DNA of 45,003 nt, from positions 1-45,003 of the IMG/VR virus record IMGVR_UViG_3300027986_000015; one strand, given 5' to 3'. This stretch comes from a virus. Its lineage: Duplodnaviria; Caudoviricetes. Positions 1 through 9,842 of this stretch are shown here, piece after piece (position 1 is the first letter of the stretch; each line of letters starts with the position of its first letter). The notes under the pieces were generated by a model that was not told the DNA's origin, ran no database searches, and saw nothing but the letters and a program-made list of their open reading frames with translations. Position numbers and translations under genes: made by a program.

Positions 1-1129
1 CACCAACCATATCGGTTTTGTTCCCACCGGTAATATGAGTGAAACTTGTAGCAGCGGTTTGTGTCCAGTCGCCCAAACATTGAATTGAATTCTGAGCACC
101 AATTTGGAGTGAATTGTTCGCACCAATGGACTCTGTTTTATTTAGCGCAATAACTTCTGTTCTGTTAGACCCATCGCGTTGAGTTACGTTCCCTTGGGTG
201 TTAACAAAAGATTCACCTAAAATATCACGGGCGTAGTTACCTTCAATCTTCTCAGATAGGTTGCCTTTGATTAATCTGGTTACGTTTCCATTCACTTGTT
301 CTTGTAAGTTACCCTGAACTAGAATTTTGGCGTTCCCCAAAATCGTAATCTGCTGATCCTTACCGACCAGTATATTTCGACCACCAACGACAATAACAGT
401 TTGATCTTCGGTAATCTTCTGTGAAACCGATCCATCGGGTTGCCATTCTTCATATGTTCCTGTAGTACCATGCATCCAGTGCATTCTTTCCGCACCGGGA
501 GAATCATCATATTCTTCAACATGACCAGATTCAGTTTCACGAACATGGTTGTATGGATATCGAGTATTGTTAGCCGGGGCCGGTTCGTCCCATTTTGTTC
601 CCAACGTATCAGCAGATCCCGGAACACCTGTACCCGCAACATTATCTACGGCGGTTGGAATCCCGGTAATCCTACCAGCAGTTTTGGACACAAGACCCGG
701 ATGTGATCTAAACGCAGAACGAGCTAGACGGTTTACATCTGGTTCATTTAGGAATTTTGGATATAAACCCTTTGGATCGTTGAACCCCTGAGTTCTATCA
801 GCCGATGCTACAGGGATACCATCAATTGTACCCATGATGTAAGGGAGTTGGCATACGTTTCCATCTAGGTAGAACCCAAAGACCATAGAGCCCTCTACAG
901 GGCCGTTTGGCGTCAATCCAACACCACTCACGGATGCAGATTGGATACTGTTAATGGATTGTGCCCAAATTAGTTCTTCGGTTGGGATACCTTTGAATTG
1001 GTCTTTGACCTTATCTGCGGTATGGCGACCATATACCCTAACTTGTAAGCGACCGGCTTCCAAAGGATCGTTTCTACCTTCAACGATCCCAAAAAACCAA
1101 TGCAGATCGAATGTATTCTTAGCCTTCAA
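1..1129 (-). CDS. gp5: Baseplate hub/cell-puncturing protein gp5 (C-terminus runs off window; lysozyme domain absent)
   Basis: Manual translation from TTG at 1129: MKAKNTFDLHWFFGIVEGRNDPLEAGRLQVRVYGRH (OB-fold), GFNDPKGLYP, YPYNHVRETESGHVEEYDDSPGAER, then beta-helix-type repeats. Confidence 0.92.
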   Translation of the reverse strand, partial: MKAKNTFDLHWFFGIVEGRNDPLEAGRLQVRVYGRHTADKVKDQFKGIPTEELIWAQSINSIQSASVSGVGLTPNGPVEGSMVFGFYLDGNVCQLPYIMGTIDGIPVASADRTQGFNDPKGLYPKFLNEPDVNRLARSAFRSHPGLVSKTAGRITGIPTAVDNVAGTGVPGSADTLGTKWDEPAPANNTRYPYNHVRETESGHVEEYDDSPGAERMHWMHGTTGTYEEWQPDGSVSQKITEDQTVIVVGGRNILVGKDQQITILGNAKILVQGNLQEQVNGNVTRLIKGNLSEKIEGNYARDILGESFVNTQGNVTQRDGSNRTEVIALNKTESIGANNSLQIGAQNSIQCLGDWTQTAATSFTHITGGNKTDMVG

Positions 1130-2351
1130 TTTTATCACCCTTAATATTCGATTCTTTCCTGATACCCAATGTCATGGTGTAATCCTGAGAAGTCATTTCA
1201 TGTTTGATTTGACATATCAAGTATTTACCAGCAGCGGTTTGATCCACCATACCATGGTATTGGAAATCAAAATATGCGGTATCACCTAATTGGATATCCA
1301 AGTTACCGGGAATCTTTAAGGTCATTTGGGTTGAATTGTGGAGAGCCCTAGCCATAACTCGTTTCAATCTCTGGTTAACCTGAGCATTGCGATTTGTATT
1401 ATAGATTGAGTTACCCATTTCCATCCGATAATGCATATCTTTTGGATAATCTGGGGCGGTGGTCCCGACATAAACCTTTTCAGAGTTCATTGTTGGAAAA
1501 GCTGTGACATAATCATCATATCCAATTTGGGATGTGATTGCCCGTTTTTCCATTGTGTCAATTTCATCAACTGTAATTTGATAACCACCGATCACCTTAT
1601 CAGCCAAATCGAAATGAATATCTTTCGACGCGAAATCAGCCTTCAGCCGATCATAATCAGACACATTGTCGATGTTTGCGTTCAGCCTCTGTTTGAAATC
1701 GGCCTGTCCAAGTGTATACATGGACTTGAAGTTCCAACCATTTATATTTTCATAAAATCGATAATCACTGGACATATTATCCTTACTAGTTGATTCATTC
1801 GCCAAATGTTGAATGAATTCAATTGCTGTAGTATTTGGGATAATCCAATCACGCGGGTATAGAGTTGCTTCAACATCAATAGTTTGCCCTAGGCCGTTAT
1901 CCATAATATCGGTTACAATATCAGATGTAAGAGCCTGTTTATATGATTTTGAAAATAAATTCGATTCTGATAACCAAAATCCTTCGGATACAAAATGCAT
2001 TACCATAACATGGTTGTTGTTTTCTTTTTGCTTTTGGAGATTAAGAATCTGGGTAATCTTATATTTCTTTAAAAACTCAGTTTGCCCAACAATACCACCA
2101 TCCAATCTTGTCTGAAAACAAACTTCCAACCATTCTTGACCTTGAATTGGTAGGTTAATGTGCAATCCGTTATCATCGATCATCGATATCATACCATGTT
2201 GATATGTTCTAGCATCAACCATACTCTCATAGATAGTCAATTTCATCATGACCCTTGAGATATCATACTTATTATCTTGAAAGTTGATTAGATTGATGTA
2301 TTTGATAACATGAGAATTTCGCGGTTGATTTAAACCATTAGGTACGCCCAT
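1119..2351 (-). CDS. gp27: Baseplate hub protein, gp27-like
   Basis: 410 aa between gp53 and gp5; motifs LTIYESM, YRFYEN..GWNFKS, IPGNLDIQLG, GKYLICQIKH typical of hub proteins. Confidence 0.7.
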   Translation of the reverse strand: MGVPNGLNQPRNSHVIKYINLINFQDNKYDISRVMMKLTIYESMVDARTYQHGMISMIDDNGLHINLPIQGQEWLEVCFQTRLDGGIVGQTEFLKKYKITQILNLQKQKENNNHVMVMHFVSEGFWLSESNLFSKSYKQALTSDIVTDIMDNGLGQTIDVEATLYPRDWIIPNTTAIEFIQHLANESTSKDNMSSDYRFYENINGWNFKSMYTLGQADFKQRLNANIDNVSDYDRLKADFASKDIHFDLADKVIGGYQITVDEIDTMEKRAITSQIGYDDYVTAFPTMNSEKVYVGTTAPDYPKDMHYRMEMGNSIYNTNRNAQVNQRLKRVMARALHNSTQMTLKIPGNLDIQLGDTAYFDFQYHGMVDQTAAGKYLICQIKHEMTSQDYTMTLGIRKESNIKGDKIEG

Positions 2352-2961
2352 TCTGTGTACTCACAAATGTATCCACAAACACCCGAATATCTTCCGGGCG
2401 TATAATAAGAATCTTCCGTAGAGATTCGTTTTGATCAATTTCATATTCAACATTAGTCACTGGAGTTAGTTCTCCTATAAATTGAATATATGTTAGACTT
2501 GTATCATATATATTGAACCACTTGATATTATCAGGGTCAACGCTGTTATATTGAATTCTAGCATTGTAAATCTCAGACCCATCGTAGTAAAAAGTGACCC
2601 CAGTTTCCGGGACAACATTGAAATACATATCCCCTGTAAGTGGGTCTAAATGATGATGTATACCATCTGAGCCACCAAAGTTGGCGTATTTCTTATCAGC
2701 GTATGCCCGAACAACATCGTCCTGACGAATCCAGCCATGCCATGGGTCGATAACTCCATTAACCAATAGCAATACCCATTCTAGATTTGGGTCGCCGTAG
2801 AGGGTGTTTGCTAGCTGTTCAGGACGTGGTGCACCTGTTATTGTATATTGACGATGAATAAACGAGTCTTTAATTTGACTGTACGTCAATCCCAAATCAA
2901 CGAATAAGTTTGGGATTGTATAATCCCCATACTGAACCGAACCAAATTTTTGTAAAATCAT
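2338..2961 (-). CDS. gp53: Baseplate wedge protein gp53
   Basis: RPEQLANTLYGDPNLEWVLLLVNGVIDPWHGW LysM-like motif; C-terminal NESLRKILIIRP. Confidence 0.9.
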   Translation of the reverse strand: MILQKFGSVQYGDYTIPNLFVDLGLTYSQIKDSFIHRQYTITGAPRPEQLANTLYGDPNLEWVLLLVNGVIDPWHGWIRQDDVVRAYADKKYANFGGSDGIHHHLDPLTGDMYFNVVPETGVTFYYDGSEIYNARIQYNSVDPDNIKWFNIYDTSLTYIQFIGELTPVTNVEYEIDQNESLRKILIIRPEDIRVFVDTFVSTQNGRT

Positions 2962-3881
2962 AGACCATAACTCTGAATATCTTCACGGGTAACAATAGTG
3001 TTTTCCATGAACTCTAAATGTAATTTAATTGCAATCGGGTCGCCAGATTCAAACGTTTTCCATGAACCATCCGGGGTAAAGTCAACGTCAACATTGGTAA
3101 GAAATGCCGGACCAAATCTGAATAGTGGAATAACCCGCGAAGAATTTTGATTGGACATTTCCTCGATGTACCACCGACTTGGAACACGAAGCCATGTATC
3201 ACCCTGCAAACTACTAGCAGAATTTTCTTTGAAAAACTGTATCAGACCAGCAACTTGAGCCAACTCATCTGGATTGCGCGGACGAAGATCGAATGAAAAT
3301 TTTTGTCTGCGTAGATGTGTGCCTGTGTAATTAGCCGAGTTATGTTGATTCCACACTTGACGATAGAAGTCTTTCATAACATTGGGTGCATGTTTATTAA
3401 GCTCATATGCACCAACATCTGTTGCCACCGCACCTAACACCGGCTTACTAAACAATTTATCATAGCCACCATGATTTTGAATAGCGTTGTTCATAACCCA
3501 TAGCAACCCCCGACCATCATCGGTGTAATTTTGGGTGTATGATGTTTCAAGTTCTGGCATATACAGAAATACCGATCCAATATTTTTGGATTTCATTGTC
3601 TTGTAATTACCAAATATCTCAGACCGCATCGACGTACTTTCATTCCCTTGAATGAAATCGGTTGCGTTAAATGCTAATTTAGATGTGTGCTGTTGACCTT
3701 CTACAGTCAGAGGATATCTGAACATAGGTTTAGCTTTGCTGGATTTCTTGTCGTTCCCAGAGGTAACCAAAATATTCTTTTCACCAGTACCGGTGACGGT
3801 GTTCATAGCCTGTTTGGCCCCGCTAACCGTGCTACTTACAGGATTTGTAAGAAACCCTGAAATCGAACTCAAAAAAGTCAT
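2958..3881 (-). CDS. gp48: Baseplate tail-tube cap gp48
   Basis: FRYP, FLYMP, RRQKFSFDLRPRN, FGPAFLTNVDVDFTPDG, LEFME motifs. Confidence 0.85.
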   Translation of the reverse strand: MTFLSSISGFLTNPVSSTVSGAKQAMNTVTGTGEKNILVTSGNDKKSSKAKPMFRYPLTVEGQQHTSKLAFNATDFIQGNESTSMRSEIFGNYKTMKSKNIGSVFLYMPELETSYTQNYTDDGRGLLWVMNNAIQNHGGYDKLFSKPVLGAVATDVGAYELNKHAPNVMKDFYRQVWNQHNSANYTGTHLRRQKFSFDLRPRNPDELAQVAGLIQFFKENSASSLQGDTWLRVPSRWYIEEMSNQNSSRVIPLFRFGPAFLTNVDVDFTPDGSWKTFESGDPIAIKLHLEFMENTIVTREDIQSYGL

Positions 3882-3893
3882 AAATTCACCATA

Positions 3894-3921
3894 GTAAATA
3901 AGTAATAATATAGTATTTATG
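3894..3921. promoter_or_regulatory. Divergent T4-type late promoter-like boxes between gp48 and gp4
   Basis: GTAAATA on + (3894-3900) and CATAAATA on - (3914-3921) in the divergent gap. Confidence 0.55.
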
Positions 3922-3930
3922 AGGTTGTAT

Positions 3931-4413
3931 ATGGCTGGTTCACAATCCGGTACTTATCGGGGGAAATATGCACCGACTAATAGAAACAAGTACAAAGGAA
4001 ATGTCGAAAAGATTCAATATCGAAGTTCATGGGAATTGGCCGTCATGAAATGGTTAGATTTCACCCCATCGGTGATACGCTGGTCCTCAGAAGAGATTGT
4101 AATTCCTTACAGGGATACCAACGATCAGCGGATGCACAGATACTTCATGGACTTCTATGTCGAATTCGAAAACGGCATTATCTATCTATGGGAAGTTAAG
4201 CCATACGAACAAACCCAAATCCCGCTTCCACCAAAACGGGTCACCCCGGCCACATCGGCTAGACACCTAGAAGCAGTTCTCACATATCAGAAAAACAAAG
4301 CCAAGTGGATCACCGCAAAGAAATTTGCAGAAGAACGTGGTTGGATATTCAAAGTGTTGACCGAAAAAGCTCTGCGCAAATATGGGATTCTGATTACAGA
4401 TGGCAGAAATTAA
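3931..4413 (+). CDS. gp4: Head completion protein gp4 (TnsA-like nuclease fold)
   Basis: YRGKYAPTNRNKYKGN..IQYRSSWE, WSSEEIVIPY, HRYFMDF, EVKP..QT; GAGG RBS before ATG 3931. Confidence 0.92.
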   Translation: MAGSQSGTYRGKYAPTNRNKYKGNVEKIQYRSSWELAVMKWLDFTPSVIRWSSEEIVIPYRDTNDQRMHRYFMDFYVEFENGIIYLWEVKPYEQTQIPLPPKRVTPATSARHLEAVLTYQKNKAKWITAKKFAEERGWIFKVLTEKALRKYGILITDGRN

Positions 4414-4993
4414 ACCAAGGGTTCGATTAGAACCCAACAAGATAGCGCAATTCAGAGCATCATTAGCTGCAATGGATGCACTACCTAACGCGAAGAAGAA
4501 CAACAAAAGCATCAAATGGTTCAAGGAGACTATTGAAGGTATTCCAAGATCCAAGGTGGCAGTAACCCCGGTAGCCGGTAAGATGTACACCTATGTATAT
4601 GATGCAAAATACAAAAAGACACTCCCGTATTGGGATCGATTTCCGCTCATCATCATGTTGGATGTAACCCCAACCCACCAACTAGGGTTGAACTTACACT
4701 ATCTCCCACCAAAGGCCAGACAGGTTTTTATGGAGAAAATCCTAACGATGTTGAGTCAAAAGAACCTTGGACCCAAGGCATATTTCAAAATCAACTGGAA
4801 TGCTGTTAAACGCTATCCGGGTGCTGAAAAAATGATCAAATTGTATATTAGATCACGGGTCAAAGGACATATGGTTGAAATCAGTCCTTTATACTGGGCC
4901 AATGCAATTTATCTACCGACACAACAATTCCTTGACAAAGACGGAAACCGATTCTCTGCACGGAAAGTTTGGGCGGATGGGAAGACACACTGA
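4400..4993 (+). CDS. gp2: DNA end protector protein gp2
   Basis: GKMYTYVYDAKYKKTLPYWDRFPLI, GLNLHYLPP, LPTQQF. Confidence 0.93.
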   Translation: MAEIKPRVRLEPNKIAQFRASLAAMDALPNAKKNNKSIKWFKETIEGIPRSKVAVTPVAGKMYTYVYDAKYKKTLPYWDRFPLIIMLDVTPTHQLGLNLHYLPPKARQVFMEKILTMLSQKNLGPKAYFKINWNAVKRYPGAEKMIKLYIRSRVKGHMVEISPLYWANAIYLPTQQFLDKDGNRFSARKVWADGKTH

Positions 4994-5766
4994 TGGCAAC
5001 AATCGATATCGACAAATTCAGGGCTGCGGTCATGAAGGACGACCTTGGACGAGCAAACTTGTTCAAGGTCGAGTTTCCAAACAAGATTGGTATTAAAATT
5101 CAAAATAGCTTTGGTAATGGTGGTGGGAGTTTATTCCGGTCCATTACCGATGTTCTAACCAAAGAAGTATTATCCAGAGCTGAACCTATTAGGCATCTAA
5201 CTGGATTCTTCAGCCCGGAGATTATTCGGGCCGTTGGATTGGGTGATATGTTGGATACCTACTTACAATATCCATACGACCTAGGAATGTATGTAAAAGA
5301 TGTGGGGGTGCCGGGTAGGACATTGACAACTACAGATGTCCACTCAGATCAGGTTCCCTTCAGCATGGTTAACGGGAGCGAATTTGATGTATTGTCAATG
5401 ACGTTTCTTGTAACACCGTCTCAGAAAGAGCGCCAATTCTTTTTGGACTGGATGAACAAAGCTTGTAACATGGATCGGCATAAATATGGGTTCTACGATG
5501 ATTATGTAGCAAGTCAGATTCTCATCAGATTCTGCGACCGCCAAGGTAATATGGCATCCATCACAGAGATTGTCGAAGCATTCCCAATCCATGTGTCCGA
5601 TATGCAATTATCGTATGAAAACAATAATCAACTTGCTATGTTTGATGTTCAATTCAAATTTAAGAAAGCTACTACGAAGACTGCCACCGACTCCGGTGAT
5701 GGGAATATCTTCACAGAAGCTAAACATTGGTACGACTCCATCAAACGTATCACCAATATCATTTAA
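4993..5766 (+). CDS. gp54: Baseplate tail-tube initiator gp54
   Basis: DDLGRANLFKV, VPGR, F..WM, EAFP..V..MQLSYENNNQLAMFDVQF tube-fold motifs; TGATG overlap with gp2. Confidence 0.8.
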   Translation: MATIDIDKFRAAVMKDDLGRANLFKVEFPNKIGIKIQNSFGNGGGSLFRSITDVLTKEVLSRAEPIRHLTGFFSPEIIRAVGLGDMLDTYLQYPYDLGMYVKDVGVPGRTLTTTDVHSDQVPFSMVNGSEFDVLSMTFLVTPSQKERQFFLDWMNKACNMDRHKYGFYDDYVASQILIRFCDRQGNMASITEIVEAFPIHVSDMQLSYENNNQLAMFDVQFKFKKATTKTATDSGDGNIFTEAKHWYDSIKRITNII

Positions 5767-5778
5767 GAGTATTTTATT

Positions 5779-6582
5779 ATGGGCAAGCTTGCAAGCTTAG
5801 CATTAGATTCGCTTCCGACTTTCAAATGTTTGGTTCCAAGTCTAGGAAAGACTGTCACCATGAGGTCTTTTGTAGTTAAAGAACAAAAACTTCTGTTGAT
5901 CGCAAAACAATCTGAAAGTGACAAACTCGAAGGTGTTGTAAATGCGGTTAGTCAATTGATCCAAAACTGCATTACCGTCGGTGATATTAATGTCAGCGAA
6001 CTTCCAAGTTTTGACATTGAATATATGTTCATTCAACTATTCATGCATTCAACCGGTACAACCAAAACCAAAACTTTCTATCTCTGCAAGAATCCTGTTC
6101 TCGATGAAGATGGCAAGCCTAAATTGAATGATGAGAACGAAGAAATTACATGCGACCAACCAAATGGTGTGGTTGTCAATCTGAAAGATGCCAAGGTATC
6201 TACCAGTGAAATTCAAACCGGTATTATTGATGTCAAATCCTCAACCATCGATAAGTTGATTCTGAAATATCCAAACTTCGAACAGATTACACGTCACGAT
6301 ATCTCAATTGCAGATGAAGATGTGGACACCACACTGAAGGTATATGCCGAATGTATGACCTACTTGTACAAGGCTGATGGTACTGTATTGAAACTTGGCG
6401 AAGACTATGATATCGAAGATGCCGCTGAAATGTTGGAATTACTATCGAAACAAATCTTTGACCAAGTAATGGGATTCTTCATGAACATCCCATCGATTAC
6501 AGGTCACACTGATTTTGTCTGTCGGAAGTGTGGACATAAAGCAAAAATCGGATTGCGGGGTCTAAACGATTTTTTCTCGTAA
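5779..6582 (+). CDS. gp26: Baseplate hub assembly protein, gp26/gp51 family
   Basis: LP.F...VPS.GK....R.FVVKEQKLLL, LPSFDIEYMF, C-terminal CxxC and GLNDFF. Confidence 0.8.
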   Translation: MGKLASLALDSLPTFKCLVPSLGKTVTMRSFVVKEQKLLLIAKQSESDKLEGVVNAVSQLIQNCITVGDINVSELPSFDIEYMFIQLFMHSTGTTKTKTFYLCKNPVLDEDGKPKLNDENEEITCDQPNGVVVNLKDAKVSTSEIQTGIIDVKSSTIDKLILKYPNFEQITRHDISIADEDVDTTLKVYAECMTYLYKADGTVLKLGEDYDIEDAAEMLELLSKQIFDQVMGFFMNIPSITGHTDFVCRKCGHKAKIGLRGLNDFFS

Positions 6583-6611
6583 CTCAGGCTGAAGATAGTC
6601 TTGGTAGTTAC

Positions 6612-6767
6612 ATGAAAACCAACTTTAGCCTGCAAAAATACCACAACTATTCCTTATCTGAACTAGAAGCAATGATGCCTTGGGAAAGAAAAACCCTTAT
6701 CACCCAAGTTACAATGTGGCTAGAAGAAGAGAAGAGAAAAATGGATAGAAAGAAACATGGCGGATAA
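6612..6767 (+). CDS. gp51: Small baseplate hub assembly protein, gp51-like (may be made as a frameshift fusion with the upstream ORF)
   Basis: Not in ORF track; manual translation MKTNFSLQKYHNYSLSELEAMMPWERKTLITQVTMWLEEEKRKMDRKKHGG, with the YSLxELxxMMPWER motif. Confidence 0.8.
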   Translation: MKTNFSLQKYHNYSLSELEAMMPWERKTLITQVTMWLEEEKRKMDRKKHGG

Positions 6768-8514
6768 TACAGACGATCCAAGATTAGTGAGTGTGCTAGA
6801 AGACCTAGCACACGCAATGCATGATCAGAAGTTAAGCGAGAAACAAGCCAGAAAAGCTGATAAAGCCATTTTGGATGAGCTTAGAAAGAAACATAAGTAT
6901 GACCAAAGTAAACATCGCAGTGTCAGGGTTGCCAAGCGTGTTGGGAAGGGCGCTCTAGGGGCCGCTGGCGGGGCTGTGGGGGCCGTTGGTAAAGCTGCCG
7001 GGGGATTCATTGGTAGGGAGATTGGTGGCATCCCAATTGCAGGTGCGATCTTTAGAATTTTAGGGAAGAAATTTGCCAATGCCAATCTTGAGAAGAAACA
7101 ATACAAAAAGACGTTAGTAATTCGACGAAAACTTGAACTGAAAGAAATGGCTAAGATGGAGAAGATCAGAGCCAAACTAGATACTAAGAACAAGATCGCC
7201 GAAGAATCCAAAGATCCTCAAGAACCGGAACAATCTGGTGTACCGGGTGAAAAGAAAACCAAAGGAAGTGGGGGCGGTGTAGCGGCAGCGGCTGAAAAAA
7301 TGTCAAATGCTGCAATGGAACTACAAGCAACTGTAATATCATTCACCCCTGCAATCCAAACCTTCCATGAAACCGTCGAAAAGATGGCCGAATTGGTCGA
7401 TGCACAATATGATAAACGTAATGACCCAGAACCGACTCAGGGTGAACCAACATCAAATGGTCCGGGGAAAGTTCATGATGCACAACTACTTGAATACCTA
7501 CATGGTATCGAATATCTGACCCAAGAGAATGCTGTAATTGCAGAAAATGGTCAGGAAATTCTTAGAACCATGGGCAAAGATATTGGAAATATCAAGTGGC
7601 ATACTGCTAGACAGAATGGCTCTGTTGGTAGAATCGAAAAACTTATAAAAGATAGACAAGATGGTCCGGGCACTGGAGATAGTAATAAGACTATTGAATC
7701 TATGGCTAAAGATGTCGGAACCATCAAGTGGCATGTTGCTAGAATTAGTGGTAGTTCAGATCGAACTGAAAAATTACTTATTTCAGCAGCGACTGATAGA
7801 ATCAAATTCCTAGCCAATCAAGATACTCAAATTGACCTGATGAAAAAACAACTCACCGGGCAAGAAGAACAAACCGGTATGACATTGTTAAGCGGGGTTG
7901 CAGGTGCGGCAGGGTCTGCGGTAAGTGGTATTGGTAGTGCGATTGGTGGTGTAGGGGAAGCGATTGGTGCTACAGCGATTGGTGCGGCGGTGATTGGTGC
8001 ATTACCAGAAGTTCTTGCGGCGGGTGCGGTAATCGCGGCGGTCGGGGGATTGGCATTTGCAGTTTATAAAATGCTTCCAAGTAGCTGGTTTGGTGGTAGT
8101 TCTGGCACAAATGGAACAAGCCCTGATGACAATCTAAAACATGCGGATGATCTAGCTAAACAAAATGGTAGTGCTGATGATGAATCACACAAAACTCCTG
8201 AACAAATCGCATATGCAAAACAAAATGGCCGATATGCAGATAAATCCATGTACATGTCACCAGATCCAGCGAAACCGGGTCAATATAAAGCCTCGGATGA
8301 AATGTATCCATGGGAACATGACAGATTAATGGCACAACAAGATGGTGATCATGGAATTGGGATCAACTCTGCGGCAGTCGAAGCATCTAAATCTGCGACG
8401 GATGGTTCAGGTGGTAATACCAGTATACAAACCAACAATAATTCGGGTGGTAATACAACTGTTGTTCAACCAGCGGCGGTAAGTGCTCAGTCCGAATACA
8501 CACGTTTTAGATGA
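6757..8514 (+). CDS. gp29: Tail tape-measure/baseplate hub protein, gp29-like
   Basis: 585 aa, Gly/Ala-rich, hydrophobic segments, internal repeat; follows the gp26/gp51 ORFs. Confidence 0.65.
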   Translation: MADNTDDPRLVSVLEDLAHAMHDQKLSEKQARKADKAILDELRKKHKYDQSKHRSVRVAKRVGKGALGAAGGAVGAVGKAAGGFIGREIGGIPIAGAIFRILGKKFANANLEKKQYKKTLVIRRKLELKEMAKMEKIRAKLDTKNKIAEESKDPQEPEQSGVPGEKKTKGSGGGVAAAAEKMSNAAMELQATVISFTPAIQTFHETVEKMAELVDAQYDKRNDPEPTQGEPTSNGPGKVHDAQLLEYLHGIEYLTQENAVIAENGQEILRTMGKDIGNIKWHTARQNGSVGRIEKLIKDRQDGPGTGDSNKTIESMAKDVGTIKWHVARISGSSDRTEKLLISAATDRIKFLANQDTQIDLMKKQLTGQEEQTGMTLLSGVAGAAGSAVSGIGSAIGGVGEAIGATAIGAAVIGALPEVLAAGAVIAAVGGLAFAVYKMLPSSWFGGSSGTNGTSPDDNLKHADDLAKQNGSADDESHKTPEQIAYAKQNGRYADKSMYMSPDPAKPGQYKASDEMYPWEHDRLMAQQDGDHGIGINSAAVEASKSATDGSGGNTSIQTNNNSGGNTTVVQPAAVSAQSEYTRFR

Positions 8515-8523
8515 GTATGAATA

Positions 8524-9045
8524 ATGACAGATCGTCCTAGCATGATTCAGAACACCTTGTCAAGCACAAATCACAAATTTGTGCTTCATAAGGCCAACAC
8601 AAAAATATTTAACTGGCAGGTCCAAAAATTCGATGTACCGGATATAAATATCAGTACAGCTAAGGCAACATCCAGTCCGAAAGTCGGATCTTGGAACCTA
8701 GCCGGTACGGCAATCAATTATGATAGGCTTCAGGTTCAGTTCCTTCTGGATGAAGACCTGCAAGCTTGGATCGAACTGAAAACGTGGATCAAGGAGATTG
8801 TGGACCCATACAACCCGCAGCCTACGAACCTCTACAATCAGGCTGAGAGCACTGCTGCGATCCATATCATGACAAACAACCATAGCCCTACCGGGAAGGT
8901 GTTCACGTTCCATAGGCTGTACCCTGTGCGTCTTAGCGGCCCATCATATGATGTAACCGTCTCAGACCCTACCCCGTTGACATGCGTAGTAGAGTTCATG
9001 TACGATACCTTCGATCTTGAAATCGCCGTTGACACAACAATTTAA
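8524..9045 (+). CDS. gp3: Tail tube terminator/sheath stabiliser gp3
   Basis: STNHKF, VQ..DVPDI, YDRLQVQFLLDEDLQAWIEL..W, LYP..LSG. Confidence 0.85.
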   Translation: MTDRPSMIQNTLSSTNHKFVLHKANTKIFNWQVQKFDVPDINISTAKATSSPKVGSWNLAGTAINYDRLQVQFLLDEDLQAWIELKTWIKEIVDPYNPQPTNLYNQAESTAAIHIMTNNHSPTGKVFTFHRLYPVRLSGPSYDVTVSDPTPLTCVVEFMYDTFDLEIAVDTTI

Positions 9046-9057
9046 ATTTGTCAATTC

Positions 9058-9090
9058 TGTTTAGAAACGGGTCAGCTTTGTGGTATAACT
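9058..9090 (+). promoter_or_regulatory. Phage sigma70-type promoter (TGTTTAGA plus extended -10)
   Basis: TGTTTAGA...TGGTATAACT; one of 11 copies in the window. Confidence 0.75.
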
Positions 9091-9099
9091 GATCCATAT

Positions 9100-9770
9100 G
9101 AATTGATTCCCTTCCAAGGGACGTGGCCGGGGCGGTAACCCGGCTTCACGTACTACGACCACAAACGATTAAAATTTACCCTTCACCGGGCAGTCCATCC
9201 ACTTTGACCTGTAGTGGTTGCAAACTGTAGAAGAACATGGCAACAGCGGGATGTATGATACCGCTGACAATCCTTGCATCAAATCCAAAAGGTGACTATT
9301 GTGCGCTGGGTGTGGATGATGCGAGCTACTGCTGTGTAAACCGGTCATTCCGATAAAATTGGAGTTGGGTGATCGACAGCCTCTAGCTAGGAGCCTAAAA
9401 AATTTCATTCTCCTTTAGGATGGTAGCTCTGTGAAACAGATACAACTACCCCTGCACCAAGATTGGTCATGCCCGATTTGATGCAGTTCCGTAGCGTTGA
9501 GAACAGATATAAGAGCCGATAGCGTTACCCCGGCCCCCAAAAATGGGAATCTGGCATGATTATGTACGATGGCGAATAGTCAAATTCGTTTTACGTTTTT
9601 CTCCTGTTTAGGAGAATTACGCCTCCAACAAACGTCAATACTTCTAAAGCTCTTAGAAGCTTCTAATCCCGCCTACGGCTTGATTGTTCCTTCGTCACAA
9701 TCAATATTGATTAATCATAGATTGAAATCAAATAGATTAGCAATCGCCAGATTGCTGCCGTAGGCGCAAT
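9100..9770 (+). ncRNA. Large structured non-coding region (ncRNA or origin-like)
   Basis: No credible ORF; many hairpins including CGCCTACGGC/GCCGTAGGCG (9670-9766); directly downstream of a promoter. Confidence 0.5.
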
Positions 9771-9842
9771 AGAACCTCCCAAAAATCATTGTTAAATACT
9801 TCTATACAGGTTCGCATGAACCATCTAGGAGTTTTAAAACCA

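Noticed and set aside
8643-8650. TATAAATA inside gp3 (another at 23176 inside ACAGCA copy 3)
   Set aside because: Internal location; function cannot be supported from sequence alone
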